A stretch of DNA of 64,000 nt. It comes from Anaerolineae bacterium (GTDB taxonomy: Bacteria; Chloroflexota; Anaerolineae; UBA1429). The notes below the pieces were generated by a model that worked only from the letters and a program-made list of their open reading frames with translations, did no database searches and was not told where the DNA came from. Location: assembly GCA_963675785.1 (NCBI GenBank), contig OY776562.1:1888001-1952000 (forward strand), read 5' to 3'. The position numbers and the translations under genes are program-made. Shown here one piece after another: positions 55,901 to 64,000 of this stretch. The stretch's first letter is position 1, and each line of letters opens with the position of its first letter.

Positions 55901-58557
55901 GTGTCACCGATCTCCGCCACACTCACGTCTGCTACTTTGTCAATCGTCAAACCAGGATTCGTATTGATCGTAACGTCTGCATCGTCGTTCACAGACTCGG
56001 TCTGATCACTGACTGCATATGCTACGTTGTGTACTAGCGGTACATCGCTCTCTGCAACAGGTCCGTATGTCCCCGTCACAACCTTGCTCGCGCCTACCGC
56101 CAGGCTGCCTACGTTCTGGTTGATGCTCAACTTTGCATCCGTCACCGTCACGTTCGTCAGCGTGATATCGCCATTGTTCGTTACTGTGATCGTGTAGTTG
56201 ATCGTGTCACCGATCTCCGCCACACTCACGTCAGCGACTTTGTCGATCGCCAAACCAGGATTCGTATTGATCGTAACGTCTGCATCGTCATTCACAGACT
56301 CTGTCTGGTCACTGACTGCATACGCTACGTTGTGTACTAGCGGTACGTCGCTCTCGGCAACAGGTCCGTATGTCCCCGTCACAACCTTGCTCGCGCCTAC
56401 CGCCAGGCTGCCTACGTTCTGGTTGATGCTCAACTTGGCGTCTGTCACCACAACGTTCGTCAGGGTGATGTCGCCGTCGTTCGTTACTGTGATCGTGTAG
56501 TTGATCGTGTCACCGATCTCCGCCACACTCACGTCTGCTACTTTGTCAATCGTCAAACCAGGATTCGTATTGATCGTAACGTCTGCATCGTCATTCACAG
56601 ACTCTGTCTGGTCACTGACTGCATACGCTACGTTGTGTACTAGCGGTACGTCGCTCTCGGCAACAGGTCCGTATGTCCCCGTCACAACCTTGCTCGCGCC
56701 TACCGCCAGGCTGCCCACGTTCTGGTTGATGCTCAACTTGGCGTCTGTCACCACAACGTTCGTCAGGGTGATGTCGCCATTGTTCGTTACTGTGATCGTG
56801 TAGTTGATCGTGTCACCGATCTCCGCCACACTCACGTCTGCTACTTTGTCAATCGTCAATGATGGATTAACGACGTCAACTGTAGCGCCATCCTCATCAT
56901 CGACCGTCCTATCGAGCTCGTCATCGCCGCTTACGGTAGCGGTATTCACAACATCTGCAGAACCTGCGATAGTCAGCGTACCAATCCAGGTCCAAGTCTC
57001 ACCGACCTGCATGATGTCATCGTCTGTACCACTCTCTACAGGAGCATCGAGGGTTACACCAGGAAGACCGTCATCGATCTGGATGTTGTAAAGCGGTGTA
57101 TCGCCAGTATTTTCAGCAACGAGCGTATAGGTCACTACGTCGCCGGCCTGAGCGACCGTAGGTGAAACACTCTTGGTCAGTTCGATGGCAGGTGAAATAA
57201 CTTCCACAAACTCGCTATCCGTGTCACTGACACGCCCACCCAGCACATCATAACCTTCAGCCGTAGCTGTGTTCGAGATATCCGAACTCCCTGCGGTCAA
57301 GGTCGCCTCATAGGTCCATGACTCAGCCGGAGCCAAAACAGCGTCGCCGTTGCCATCATCCACCAGCGTCAAGCTGGAGAGACCAGCAAGAGGATCCGTT
57401 ACGTCAACAGAAGTGAGATTCGCGTCACCGGTGTTGGTTACCACAAACTCATAAGTAACCGTGTCACCTTCATGAAGGGTATCCGCATCCGCTGTCTTGA
57501 CGATCTCGATATCGGGATGAATGACTGTGAACTCGGCCGTATCTGTATCAGAGACGCTCGTGCTATCGCCTACGACATCGGCTGTTACCGTCGCGGTGTT
57601 GACAAAGCCAGCCGCAGGAGCCGAATTGAGTTGGCCGGTGTAGGTCCAAGTCTCGCCAACACTGAGGATGCCGTCGTTGCCCACATCGCCAGAACGAGTA
57701 GAAATGCTGTCCAGCAAGGGGTCGCTTAGCACGACGTTATCCAGATCCACGTCACCGTTGTTCGTCACCTCAAAGCTATAGCCAACCGAATCACCCTCGT
57801 AAACCACAGGGTCATCAACCGTCTTGGTGAGGCTGATGGAAGGCTCGGCCACAATGATGCGGCCGATGAGAACTGCATTATTCTCTGCATCCTCTTCGGT
57901 GATGAACTGATTGATCGGGGTATCGCTGGGGTCATAGCTGCTCAGGGTGCCGGGAATAAAACCAACGATCTGCAGTGTGTAAAACACGCCGCCGATTTCA
58001 AAAGTCTCGTTGGCAACTGTGTCGGCAAAGTCTACTTTGTCGTTGCAGTTTCCGCCATACTCGCACCACCCCGAGTTAGGAGTTTCCTCAAGTTGTACCG
58101 TATAGTTCAATGTGGTCGAGATGGCGGGATCCGTAAAGTTCAACGTAATCGCCAAATCAACCAGATCCATTTTATTACTTGCCTGAATCGGGTTGTTATA
58201 GTGGGTAAACTCACCCAGAACAAAGGTCTCGCCAGGGGCAAACGATATACTCTGCACGCCATGGAATCCGAAACCGCTTTGCCTCGTCAGATCTAAGGAA
58301 GAGGGACAATAATAACTGCTCCATCCCGGAACATTTCCGTACGCCACAGCATTTTCGTCCGTCGTATTCGCTGTGTTAGAGTACTTGAGACATGTGGGCG
58401 TCCCGCCGCTTGTTGTTCGTGCATTTGACCACGTGCCATCTGTGTACCCCAAGGTGTACGCCGAAACAGCCGCTGGCGTAATTCCCGAGGTCATTAAAAT
58501 GGCTACGATGGCCAAAAGCACTCGCCAAATCGATGAAACTGTATGCTTTTTGTTCAT
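52993..58557 (-). CDS. Large cell-surface protein: THxN (choice-of-anchor K-like) head, ~14 DUF11-like Ig repeats, LPQTG sorting signal
   Basis: Signal peptide (VSA-Y); GEFTHYNNPI; repeated I.K...GD.I.YTITVTN.G..L.NV.VTD; LPQTG, then a hydrophobic stretch and RNKK. Confidence 0.88.
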   Translation of the reverse strand: MNKKHTVSSIWRVLLAIVAILMTSGITPAAVSAYTLGYTDGTWSNARTTSGGTPTCLKYSNTANTTDENAVAYGNVPGWSSYYCPSSLDLTRQSGFGFHGVQSISFAPGETFVLGEFTHYNNPIQASNKMDLVDLAITLNFTDPAISTTLNYTVQLEETPNSGWCEYGGNCNDKVDFADTVANETFEIGGVFYTLQIVGFIPGTLSSYDPSDTPINQFITEEDAENNAVLIGRIIVAEPSISLTKTVDDPVVYEGDSVGYSFEVTNNGDVDLDNVVLSDPLLDSISTRSGDVGNDGILSVGETWTYTGQLNSAPAAGFVNTATVTADVVGDSTSVSDTDTAEFTVIHPDIEIVKTADADTLHEGDTVTYEFVVTNTGDANLTSVDVTDPLAGLSSLTLVDDGNGDAVLAPAESWTYEATLTAGSSDISNTATAEGYDVLGGRVSDTDSEFVEVISPAIELTKSVSPTVAQAGDVVTYTLVAENTGDTPLYNIQIDDGLPGVTLDAPVESGTDDDIMQVGETWTWIGTLTIAGSADVVNTATVSGDDELDRTVDDEDGATVDVVNPSLTIDKVADVSVAEIGDTINYTITVTNNGDITLTNVVVTDAKLSINQNVGSLAVGASKVVTGTYGPVAESDVPLVHNVAYAVSDQTESVNDDADVTINTNPGLTIDKVADVSVAEIGDTINYTITVTNDGDITLTNVVVTDAKLSINQNVGSLAVGASKVVTGTYGPVAESDVPLVHNVAYAVSDQTESVNDDADVTINTNPGLAIDKVADVSVAEIGDTINYTITVTNNGDITLTNVTVTDAKLSINQNVGSLAVGASKVVTGTYGPVAESDVPLVHNVAYAVSDQTESVNDDADVTINTNPGLTIDKVADVSVAEIGDTINYTITVTNDGDITLTNVVVTDAKLSIDQNVGSLAPGASKDVTGSYGPVAESDVPLIHNVAYAVSDQTESVNDDADVEIETNPSLTIDKVADVSVAEIGDTINYTITVTNNGDITLTNVVVTDAKLSINQNVGSLAVGASKVVTGTYGPVAESDVPLVHNVAYAVSDQTESVNDDADVTINTNPGLTIDKVADVSVAEIGDTINYTITVTNDGDITLTNVVVTDAKLSINQNVGSLAVGASKVVTGTYGPVAESDVPLVHNVAYAVSDQTESVNDDADVTINTNPGLTIDKVADVSVAEIGDTINYTITVTNNGDITLTNVVVTDAKLGINQNVGSLAVGASKVVTGTYGPVAESDVPLVHNVAYAVSDQTESVNDDADVTINTNPGLTIDKVADVSVVAIGGTINYTITVTNDGDITLTNVVVTDAKLGISQNVGSLAPQESKVVTGSYGPVTEDDLPSVYNVAYAASDQTQSVQDDVTVDLATEPGLAIDKTGPSTVVAGDYIEYTITVSNIGNVTLHNVVVTDTKLGLVATLPELAVGASQVITGTYGPVSEADQPGPVHNVATADSDETGPVSDDHDVEIEQPFEPRAALEIVKTGDAVVNIGEMIDYEITVTNIGNVDLNNVVVTDAKLGLNQTIALLAVGDSETINASYGPVTEADGDQVVNTAVADSDETDPEEDDWTTVVVSTPGLAITKTGPATAEVGDTIDYEITVMNTGDVTLHNVVVTDARLGYTETLAELAPGASVVLTVSYGPVGEADLPGPIINTAVAEADEAGPVEDSWSVDLEVPYYEEPEDCVRADVSVVIYGGWNDIAVRAWVGGTEQDMLYTETNADGEAQVMWTLYPPESGSWSVQVAPELPSGLDATRWEYRLVRVESPSEDWSTENPSSATVTVRRCNQYVFYYQLYDKGTTEEIVTPPVLPQTGNIDMVTSANNGLVLWLKVGFLGLLGMVGLISSRNKKETEK
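54445..56868 (-). repeat. Eight tandem near-identical 303-bp (101-aa) repeats
   Basis: Exact 303-bp period visible in the DNA and in the antisense ORFs at 54683/54986/55289/56198/56501/56804. Confidence 0.95.
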
Positions 58558-58715
58558 GGCCTTCCTCACTTAACCTGAGACGTTCGTTGCATAATTTCCT
58601 GAACGTAAAGAATGCGTAAGTTCGCATTCAGTATGCCATGGCAAGGTAAAAGTGAGGTTACACGCCGGTATGTTGTATGTTAGCATTTGAGAGCGCTTTG
58701 GTTAGGGGAATTTAT

Positions 58716-58762
58716 AAAAAAGCCATATTGAGGACAATATAGCCCTCAATACGGCTTTTTTT
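58716..58762. terminator. Terminator after phnE
   Basis: AAAAAGCCATATTGAGG...CCTCAATACGGCTTTTTT. Confidence 0.8.
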
Positions 58763-58782
58763 GTGAAAGGGGGAAATGACTG

Positions 58783-60261
58783 TCAGACGATGCGTTCTCG
58801 GATGCGCGCGCTCACGTTGTCGAGGATCATAACCACGGCAACGATCAAGATAACGGCGACGCTGACTTTGCGCCACTGACCGAGGTTTTGAAACTGGAAC
58901 AGCATCTGACCAATACCACCACCGCCCACCAAACCGATGATGGTGCTCATACGAACGTTGATATCCCAACGGTAAATTGTAAAAGAGATATACGGTGGAA
59001 TGATCTGCGGTATGACTGCATAGACAATAGTCTGCAAGTCGTTGGCACCAGTAGCTCTTACAGCCTCCAGCGGCCCCTCTTCGATACCCTCGATCTGCTC
59101 AGAGTAGAGTTTAGCCAGCGCCGCGATAGAGTGAACCATCAACGCGACCATGCCGGGAAACGGGCCAAGGCGGAACCAGGTAACGAATATCAATGCCCAA
59201 ACAAAAGCCTCGATGGAACGAATAACATTCAGGATGAAGCGAATCACACTATAAATCATGCGCCCAACTGGGAATTCGCTTTCGAATTTGCGCGAGAATG
59301 AAAATGCGGCTCCCCCAACAGCCCCAGCAACCAGAACCACATAGGGCCAAATACCAAAGTCGCGCACAAAGATATCCCAGGAGGCCGCAAAGGCCACTGC
59401 CGAAACCAAAGCACTCAGCACATAAGCTGCGCCAACCCCGAGCACGGTACACATAATCCCATTGACAACCTTTTCAAGGCCCTGATTATGCGCATCATGT
59501 ACACGCTGCATCAATTTACCGCCCAGCGTGATGCCTCCAATAAGACCGGCAAGAAGCAGAATAGGTGTCATAATGCCGGTAAGAAGATCGGTATAGAGAT
59601 TGGTATTAACAAATGGCAGGAACATCCATGTGCCCAGCTTCATGCCCAACCAGGCCCCACCGATACCGAGCAGGAACATGCCCAACAGCTTACCCCAGGT
59701 TGAAGTGATGCGGTACATGAGGTTTCGTGCAGCAAAAAAGCTCAAGATGACGGCAATAGGAATTGCAAAGATCGTAGACATCAAGGCCAGGAAGATGGTC
59801 TCAATAAGCTTCTCGATCAGGCCGGGCAGAATGTTCCACTGAGGCCGAAAGAGACGCTCGGTCATGTTGGTCATGTTATCAGCGCGCGTGAATACGTATT
59901 CGAGATTGATCTCGGTGATATTCCAACCCAGTACAAAAGTGACCACACCAAGAATAATGCCGGTCCAAGCAACTTGAGTCTTGTACCAAGGCACTCTTTG
60001 GGGCGTCGACGACGTCTTTACATCGTCGCCCTTATCTGTTAGGCCGTTTGTACGCTCGCCAATTGACGTTCCCAGGTGCTCCATGACAAAGGCGAGCACC
60101 GCTCCCAATACAACAGCCCCCAGATAGAGAGCCCAGTTGTATTGAAAATCCTCCAAGTCCTCACGAAAGAAATAGACGCTGGCTGCCGGGATATAAGCCC
60201 AGATAAGCCAATCGACGAGAAAGGCGCGAGTGCGCGCGCGGCGAGTGTCATTCTGTTCCAT
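58783..60261 (-). CDS. phnE: Phosphonate-type ABC permease PhnE with extra membrane segments
   Basis: ETIFLALMST, IRSIE..VWALIF, LAKLYSEQIE, YRWDINVRMSTIIGLVGGGGIG. Confidence 0.9.
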   Translation of the reverse strand: MEQNDTRRARTRAFLVDWLIWAYIPAASVYFFREDLEDFQYNWALYLGAVVLGAVLAFVMEHLGTSIGERTNGLTDKGDDVKTSSTPQRVPWYKTQVAWTGIILGVVTFVLGWNITEINLEYVFTRADNMTNMTERLFRPQWNILPGLIEKLIETIFLALMSTIFAIPIAVILSFFAARNLMYRITSTWGKLLGMFLLGIGGAWLGMKLGTWMFLPFVNTNLYTDLLTGIMTPILLLAGLIGGITLGGKLMQRVHDAHNQGLEKVVNGIMCTVLGVGAAYVLSALVSAVAFAASWDIFVRDFGIWPYVVLVAGAVGGAAFSFSRKFESEFPVGRMIYSVIRFILNVIRSIEAFVWALIFVTWFRLGPFPGMVALMVHSIAALAKLYSEQIEGIEEGPLEAVRATGANDLQTIVYAVIPQIIPPYISFTIYRWDINVRMSTIIGLVGGGGIGQMLFQFQNLGQWRKVSVAVILIVAVVMILDNVSARIRERIV

Positions 60262-61019
60262 CAGTTCACCCCCACTTCTTGCGCATCCTCGCCATAGATC
60301 TCTTTGAACCGATCGCGATCAATCTCGTTGGGCTTGCCATCAAAGATGAGGCGGCCCTCTTTGAGCGCAACGATTCTTGTTCCATAGCGTCTGGCCAGAT
60401 CTAGAAAGTGTAGGTTGCAAATAACGGTAATATTATCTTCTTGGTTAATCTGTTCCAGATATTTGAGCACAGAATGTGATGTTGCTGGATCCAAGGCCGA
60501 TACTGGTTCATCGGCCAGCACGATATCTGGTTCTTGCATCAATGCCCGAGCAATGCCGACGCGCTGTTGCTGTCCACCAGAAAGCTCGTCTGCGCGTGCA
60601 TAGGTTTTTTCAACAATGCCTACTCTCTTTAGGTTGGCCATCGCTCGGTCCATCTCTTCTTTAGGAAAGCGATGAAATAGGCTTGAAATAGTTGGCATAT
60701 AACCCAAACGACCAGATAACACATTAGTCAATACGGTAGAGCGGTTGACAAGATTAAAGTGCTGAAACACCATACCAATCTTGCGGCGAATCAGGCGCAA
60801 TTCCTCAGGAGAAGCCGCAGTGACATCTATGCCGTTATAGATCACCTGGCCTTCAGTTGGATCGACAAGCCGGTTGATACAGCGCATGAGCGTAGACTTG
60901 CCCGAGCCACTCAGACCAATAACCACCAGAAACTCCCCATCCTCGACGGTGAGATTCACATGGCGCAACGCCTGAACGCCCCCTTCATACGTATGGGAAA
61001 GATCTCGTATTTCGAGCAC
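60261..61019 (-). CDS. phnC: Phosphonate-type ABC ATPase
   Basis: GLSGSGKST, FQHFNLV, NVLSGRLG, LSGGQQQRV, DEPVSALDP. Confidence 0.93.
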   Translation of the reverse strand: MLEIRDLSHTYEGGVQALRHVNLTVEDGEFLVVIGLSGSGKSTLMRCINRLVDPTEGQVIYNGIDVTAASPEELRLIRRKIGMVFQHFNLVNRSTVLTNVLSGRLGYMPTISSLFHRFPKEEMDRAMANLKRVGIVEKTYARADELSGGQQQRVGIARALMQEPDIVLADEPVSALDPATSHSVLKYLEQINQEDNITVICNLHFLDLARRYGTRIVALKEGRLIFDGKPNEIDRDRFKEIYGEDAQEVGVN

Positions 61020-61041
61020 GGATGCCCTCCTTTTTTGAACC

Positions 61042-61115
61042 GTGGGGAGCCCTCAAAACATCCTCTTGAGGCTCTCCCCACGACACGTGACCCGCCGAGT
61101 TCGGCGGGTCACGTG
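61042..61115. other. Two tandem stem-loops between phnD and phnC (likely mRNA stabiliser)
   Basis: CACGTGACCCGCCGA-gt-TCGGCGGGTCACGTG (61084-61115) and TGGGGAG...CTCCCCA. Confidence 0.6.
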
Positions 61116-61123
61116 AGCCAAAA

Positions 61124-62140
61124 TCAGCTCAGAATATCGTCTTCGGTCAGACCGAGAGAGTCGATCATCTGACGGATCGGATCGTAGGTTGAATCATCCA
61201 CAGGATCAAAACCAGTGATGTCATAGAATTCAGAGTTAGCGAGGACTGCTTGGCCCTCTTCAGTCCCGGCATAGTCGATCAGTCCCTGAACCACAGCATC
61301 TTTGACATCCTCAGGAAAGTCCGCGCAGAAACTGACGGTGTCATTAGGAATGGGATCAGAGATAGCCAGGATTGCTACCTTCTCGAGCACATCGGGATAG
61401 GTATCGATGATGGCCGCGCGCGCGTCACGAATCTTTTGACCGTCCTGATAGCCCACAATGCTACCATCGACGTCTTCGTAAGTGAACTCTCCACCGGGCT
61501 CGGGATCATCACCAATAGCCCAGTCATTGCCAGGGGCGCTAAAGTAGACAGTAGCAAAGTCCGCCTGGCCTTCGTACACAGCCGTTACAGCTTGCGGGTG
61601 TCCACCAGCCTCAAACTCTTCACCCGGGGTGATGCCATTCTGGTCAAAGTAGGTGTAAGGAACCAGATAGCCAGAAGTGGAAGTGGTGCTTGGGTAAGCC
61701 CAAGTCTTGCCGTCGAGATCCGCCAACGACTCGATGCCGCTATCGCGAGCGACGACATACTCGGTCCAGTAGTAGGCCCAACCATAGCGAACAGTCGCCA
61801 GGGCAACTTCGGTGCCGTACTTGTCAGCAGCAAGAACATAGCCCATGGCAGGGATAAAGGCCATGGCATCGCCCTCGGCAGCACCCATTTCCTCGACAAC
61901 GGCCGCATAGGTCGTCGGGACAGAAACCTCAAAGTAATAACCGGTCTGCTCGGTCAAATAGTCGGTGATAGCCTCGCCGCTCTCAACGATGACGCCGACT
62001 TCTACAGAAGGCACAAAATAAAGCTTGATGGGGTTCTCTTCAGAACCCACAGTCGCTTCTTCGCCTTTGCAGCCGCCGAGCGCAAAGCTCGATACGAGCA
62101 GCACAGTGACGAGCAATATGGATAGTATCTTCTTGTGCAT
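61124..62140 (-). CDS. phnD: Phosphate/phosphite/phosphonate-binding lipoprotein
   Basis: Lipobox LGGC; FVPS, TYAAVVE, STSGYLVP, GGH, IPND; promoter TTGAGT-17-TAGAAT at 62278-62250. Confidence 0.88.
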   Translation of the reverse strand: MHKKILSILLVTVLLVSSFALGGCKGEEATVGSEENPIKLYFVPSVEVGVIVESGEAITDYLTEQTGYYFEVSVPTTYAAVVEEMGAAEGDAMAFIPAMGYVLAADKYGTEVALATVRYGWAYYWTEYVVARDSGIESLADLDGKTWAYPSTTSTSGYLVPYTYFDQNGITPGEEFEAGGHPQAVTAVYEGQADFATVYFSAPGNDWAIGDDPEPGGEFTYEDVDGSIVGYQDGQKIRDARAAIIDTYPDVLEKVAILAISDPIPNDTVSFCADFPEDVKDAVVQGLIDYAGTEEGQAVLANSEFYDITGFDPVDDSTYDPIRQMIDSLGLTEDDILS

Positions 62141-62274
62141 GTCCTTCTCCTTGCGCAACGAATGATGATGGAAACGAGATACCCGGGATAGTTGGCTTGT
62201 TTGTTCCCCCTTCCAAATCAGAAATGAACAAACCGATCCCTCGCTGACTATTCTACCAGAGCAACAGGATGCAC

Positions 62275-63408
62275 TCAAGCACCATTGTTCGAACCAAGTA
62301 CCGTGTCGTACACCTGCACGGTCTCAGCAGCTGTACGCTCCCAGGAGAACTCACGGGATCTCGCCAGGCCCCGTTTGCTCAACACTGAGCGGCGCTCCTC
62401 ATCTTTGAGGAGTTCACAGATGGTCTCTCCGATCGCATCCACGTCATAGGGATCAAAGTACAGCGCGGCCCCCCCGCCAATCTCCGGCAGGCTTGAAATG
62501 CCGCTGGCGCATACCGGTGCTCCACAGGCCATAGCCTCAAGCACTGGCAAACCAAATCCCTCATACACCGAGGGTTGCACCACAACAGAAGCTCCAGCGT
62601 AAACAGCGGGCAAATCTGCATCAGCGACAAACCCGGGCATCACCACGCGGTCACGCCAATCTAGTTCGTCCAGATGCTGGAAAAAGCCCTCATAAAGCCA
62701 ACCACGCCCCCCCACAATAACCAGCCCATCAGCCAGGTCGCGGTCGAACACACGCTTGCAGGCGTCCACCAGACGGGTCAAATTCTTGCGGGGCTCGATG
62801 GTGCCTACCGTTAAAAGGTAACGCTCGGGCAGATTGTATTGTTCGCGAACCCTGGTAACAGCCTCAGAGCTCTGCGCATAGAATCGAGGCGAGGCCGCCT
62901 CATACACAACAGAAATTTTATTCGGGTCTGTACCGTATATCTCGACAAGGTCGCGGCGTGTTGATTCCGAGATGGCAATAATGCGCGATGCCCGACGAAC
63001 ATACAGTGGCATGGCCCTTGTCAAGTACTGATGATTGAGAGCCTTATGATGTTCGGGAAAACGCTCAAAGATAAGATCATGCACCGTCAATACGGTAGGC
63101 ATGTCAAGCCGCGGCAAAAGATGCTCAGTACCGTGAAAAAGCTCACCATTTGGCAAGAGGCGATCCATCCTGGTGCCCAAGAGCTGGCTGGCCCAAACCA
63201 AACTACGCCAGGGACGGTACCCCCAGCGAACACCAATCGCTGGATTCCCAGGCCAGTTAGGCAGTGGTCCTTTAGTGCCCAGGTTGTTCTGGAACAAGCG
63301 CATCCGATCGCCCAATAGCGGGTAAAGATGCAAGGCCAGCTCGGAAGCATAACGCCCCAAACCCGCTTTGGCATGTACAGCACTCGAAACATCGACGTAA
63401 ACAGACAT
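62275..63408 (-). CDS. Glycosyltransferase family 4
   Basis: TVHDL, VGTIEPRKN, YEGFGLPVLEAMACG. Confidence 0.92.
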   Translation of the reverse strand: MSVYVDVSSAVHAKAGLGRYASELALHLYPLLGDRMRLFQNNLGTKGPLPNWPGNPAIGVRWGYRPWRSLVWASQLLGTRMDRLLPNGELFHGTEHLLPRLDMPTVLTVHDLIFERFPEHHKALNHQYLTRAMPLYVRRASRIIAISESTRRDLVEIYGTDPNKISVVYEAASPRFYAQSSEAVTRVREQYNLPERYLLTVGTIEPRKNLTRLVDACKRVFDRDLADGLVIVGGRGWLYEGFFQHLDELDWRDRVVMPGFVADADLPAVYAGASVVVQPSVYEGFGLPVLEAMACGAPVCASGISSLPEIGGGAALYFDPYDVDAIGETICELLKDEERRSVLSKRGLARSREFSWERTAAETVQVYDTVLGSNNGA

Positions 63409-63482
63409 CTATATCCAACTCTCCTATCGAACAAAAGCAGTATAGTCACCAGTGCCCGCGGGGCAAACCCATCCTTTGTGTC

Positions 63483-63513
63483 TCTTGAGCTAAACGCTCA
63501 AGACTGATAGAAT
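63483..63513 (+). promoter_or_regulatory. Promoter with an overlapping inverted repeat
   Basis: TTGAGC-17-TAGAAT; TCTTGAGC-taaac-GCTCAAGA covers the -35 box. Confidence 0.55.
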
Positions 63514-63540
63514 CGCACACATACTGAGACGGAGCCTTCT

Positions 63541-64000
63541 ATGGACATCAAACAGGTACTGAGCCAAATCGAGCTATTCTCGGGGTTGAATGAAGAACAA
63601 ATTACATCTTTGGTGGATCTCGTGCAGGTGTACGATGTCAATCAAGGAGATGTCATCTCGCGCCAGGCTGATATCGGCGAGCATTTATACATTTTGTTGG
63701 AAGGAGAAGCAATCGTCCATCGCATTGACGAACAAGGCTTCCGCAAACCCATAACCCTGTTCGAACCCGGTAAAATCTACGGCGTCACGGCGCTTTTTCT
63801 TGATGCCCCGCGCGACGCGACGGTAACGATGGCTTCTGCCGGACAAATAGGCATCATAGAACGTCAAGCCTTTGAAGCCTTGCTCGATACAAGACCAGAT
63901 ATCGACAGAAAACTGCTATTGCCTGATGAACTCATCGACCAGCTCAACGCACCCGAATATGACTGGCTCGCAGATGGAGAGGTAGTGCTCTATGTGGGGC
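63541..64000 (+). CDS. Cyclic nucleotide-binding domain protein (runs off the right edge)
   Basis: Not in the ORF track. Manual translation MDIKQVLSQIELFSGLNEEQ...GDVISRQADIGEHLYILLEGEA...GKIYGVTALFLDAPRDATV; SD GGAG. Confidence 0.85.
   Translation, partial: MDIKQVLSQIELFSGLNEEQITSLVDLVQVYDVNQGDVISRQADIGEHLYILLEGEAIVHRIDEQGFRKPITLFEPGKIYGVTALFLDAPRDATVTMASAGQIGIIERQAFEALLDTRPDIDRKLLLPDELIDQLNAPEYDWLADGEVVLYVG

Noticed and set aside
54683-57091. Series of ~100-aa plus-strand ORFs, or a possible CRISPR-like array
   Set aside because: Antisense read-out of the 303-bp coding repeats; no repeat-spacer structure and no cas genes
61250-62125. 291-aa plus-strand ORF (similar cases at 20286-21143, 21969-22751, 48466-49296)
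   Set aside because: Antisense shadows of well-supported genes

Overview
Gene-dense 64-kb bacterial chromosome segment, most consistent with an anaerobic Chloroflexota (Anaerolineae-like) organism. That assignment is inferred from the gene repertoire: LPxTG and lipoprotein surface proteins, no outer-membrane genes, several clan GH-A hydrolases and a kinase-AAA-TPR protein. Contents from left to right: (1) a catabolic block with an FAD oxidoreductase, family-5 solute-binding protein, GntR, sulfatase, SDR and UroD-like protein; (2) an unusual type IV pilus locus, pilN*-pilO-LysM4-pilM-pilD-pilT-pilA, where PilN appears to carry six PPC-like repeats inside its fold; (3) glyA behind a terminator-containing leader; (4) an rRNA methyltransferase, a fucose/arabinose isomerase-like gene, hppA and an orphan degenerate CcmF; (5) a prsA-MBL-folE-TPR-folP-folK cluster; (6) a receiver/GAF-histidine kinase/Ser-Thr kinase-AAA-TPR signalling operon; (7) two secreted glycoside hydrolases ahead of murA-mreB; (8) mobA, acpP, a nucleotidyltransferase and rpsU; (9) a FadR-led operon with five aldo/keto reductases; (10) a ~1850-aa LPQTG surface protein with a hierarchical 8 x 303-bp repeat; (11) phnDCE, a GT4 glycosyltransferase and a truncated cNMP-binding protein. 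I saw no tRNA, rRNA, CRISPR array or IS element. All calls come from reading motifs by eye; no searches were run.
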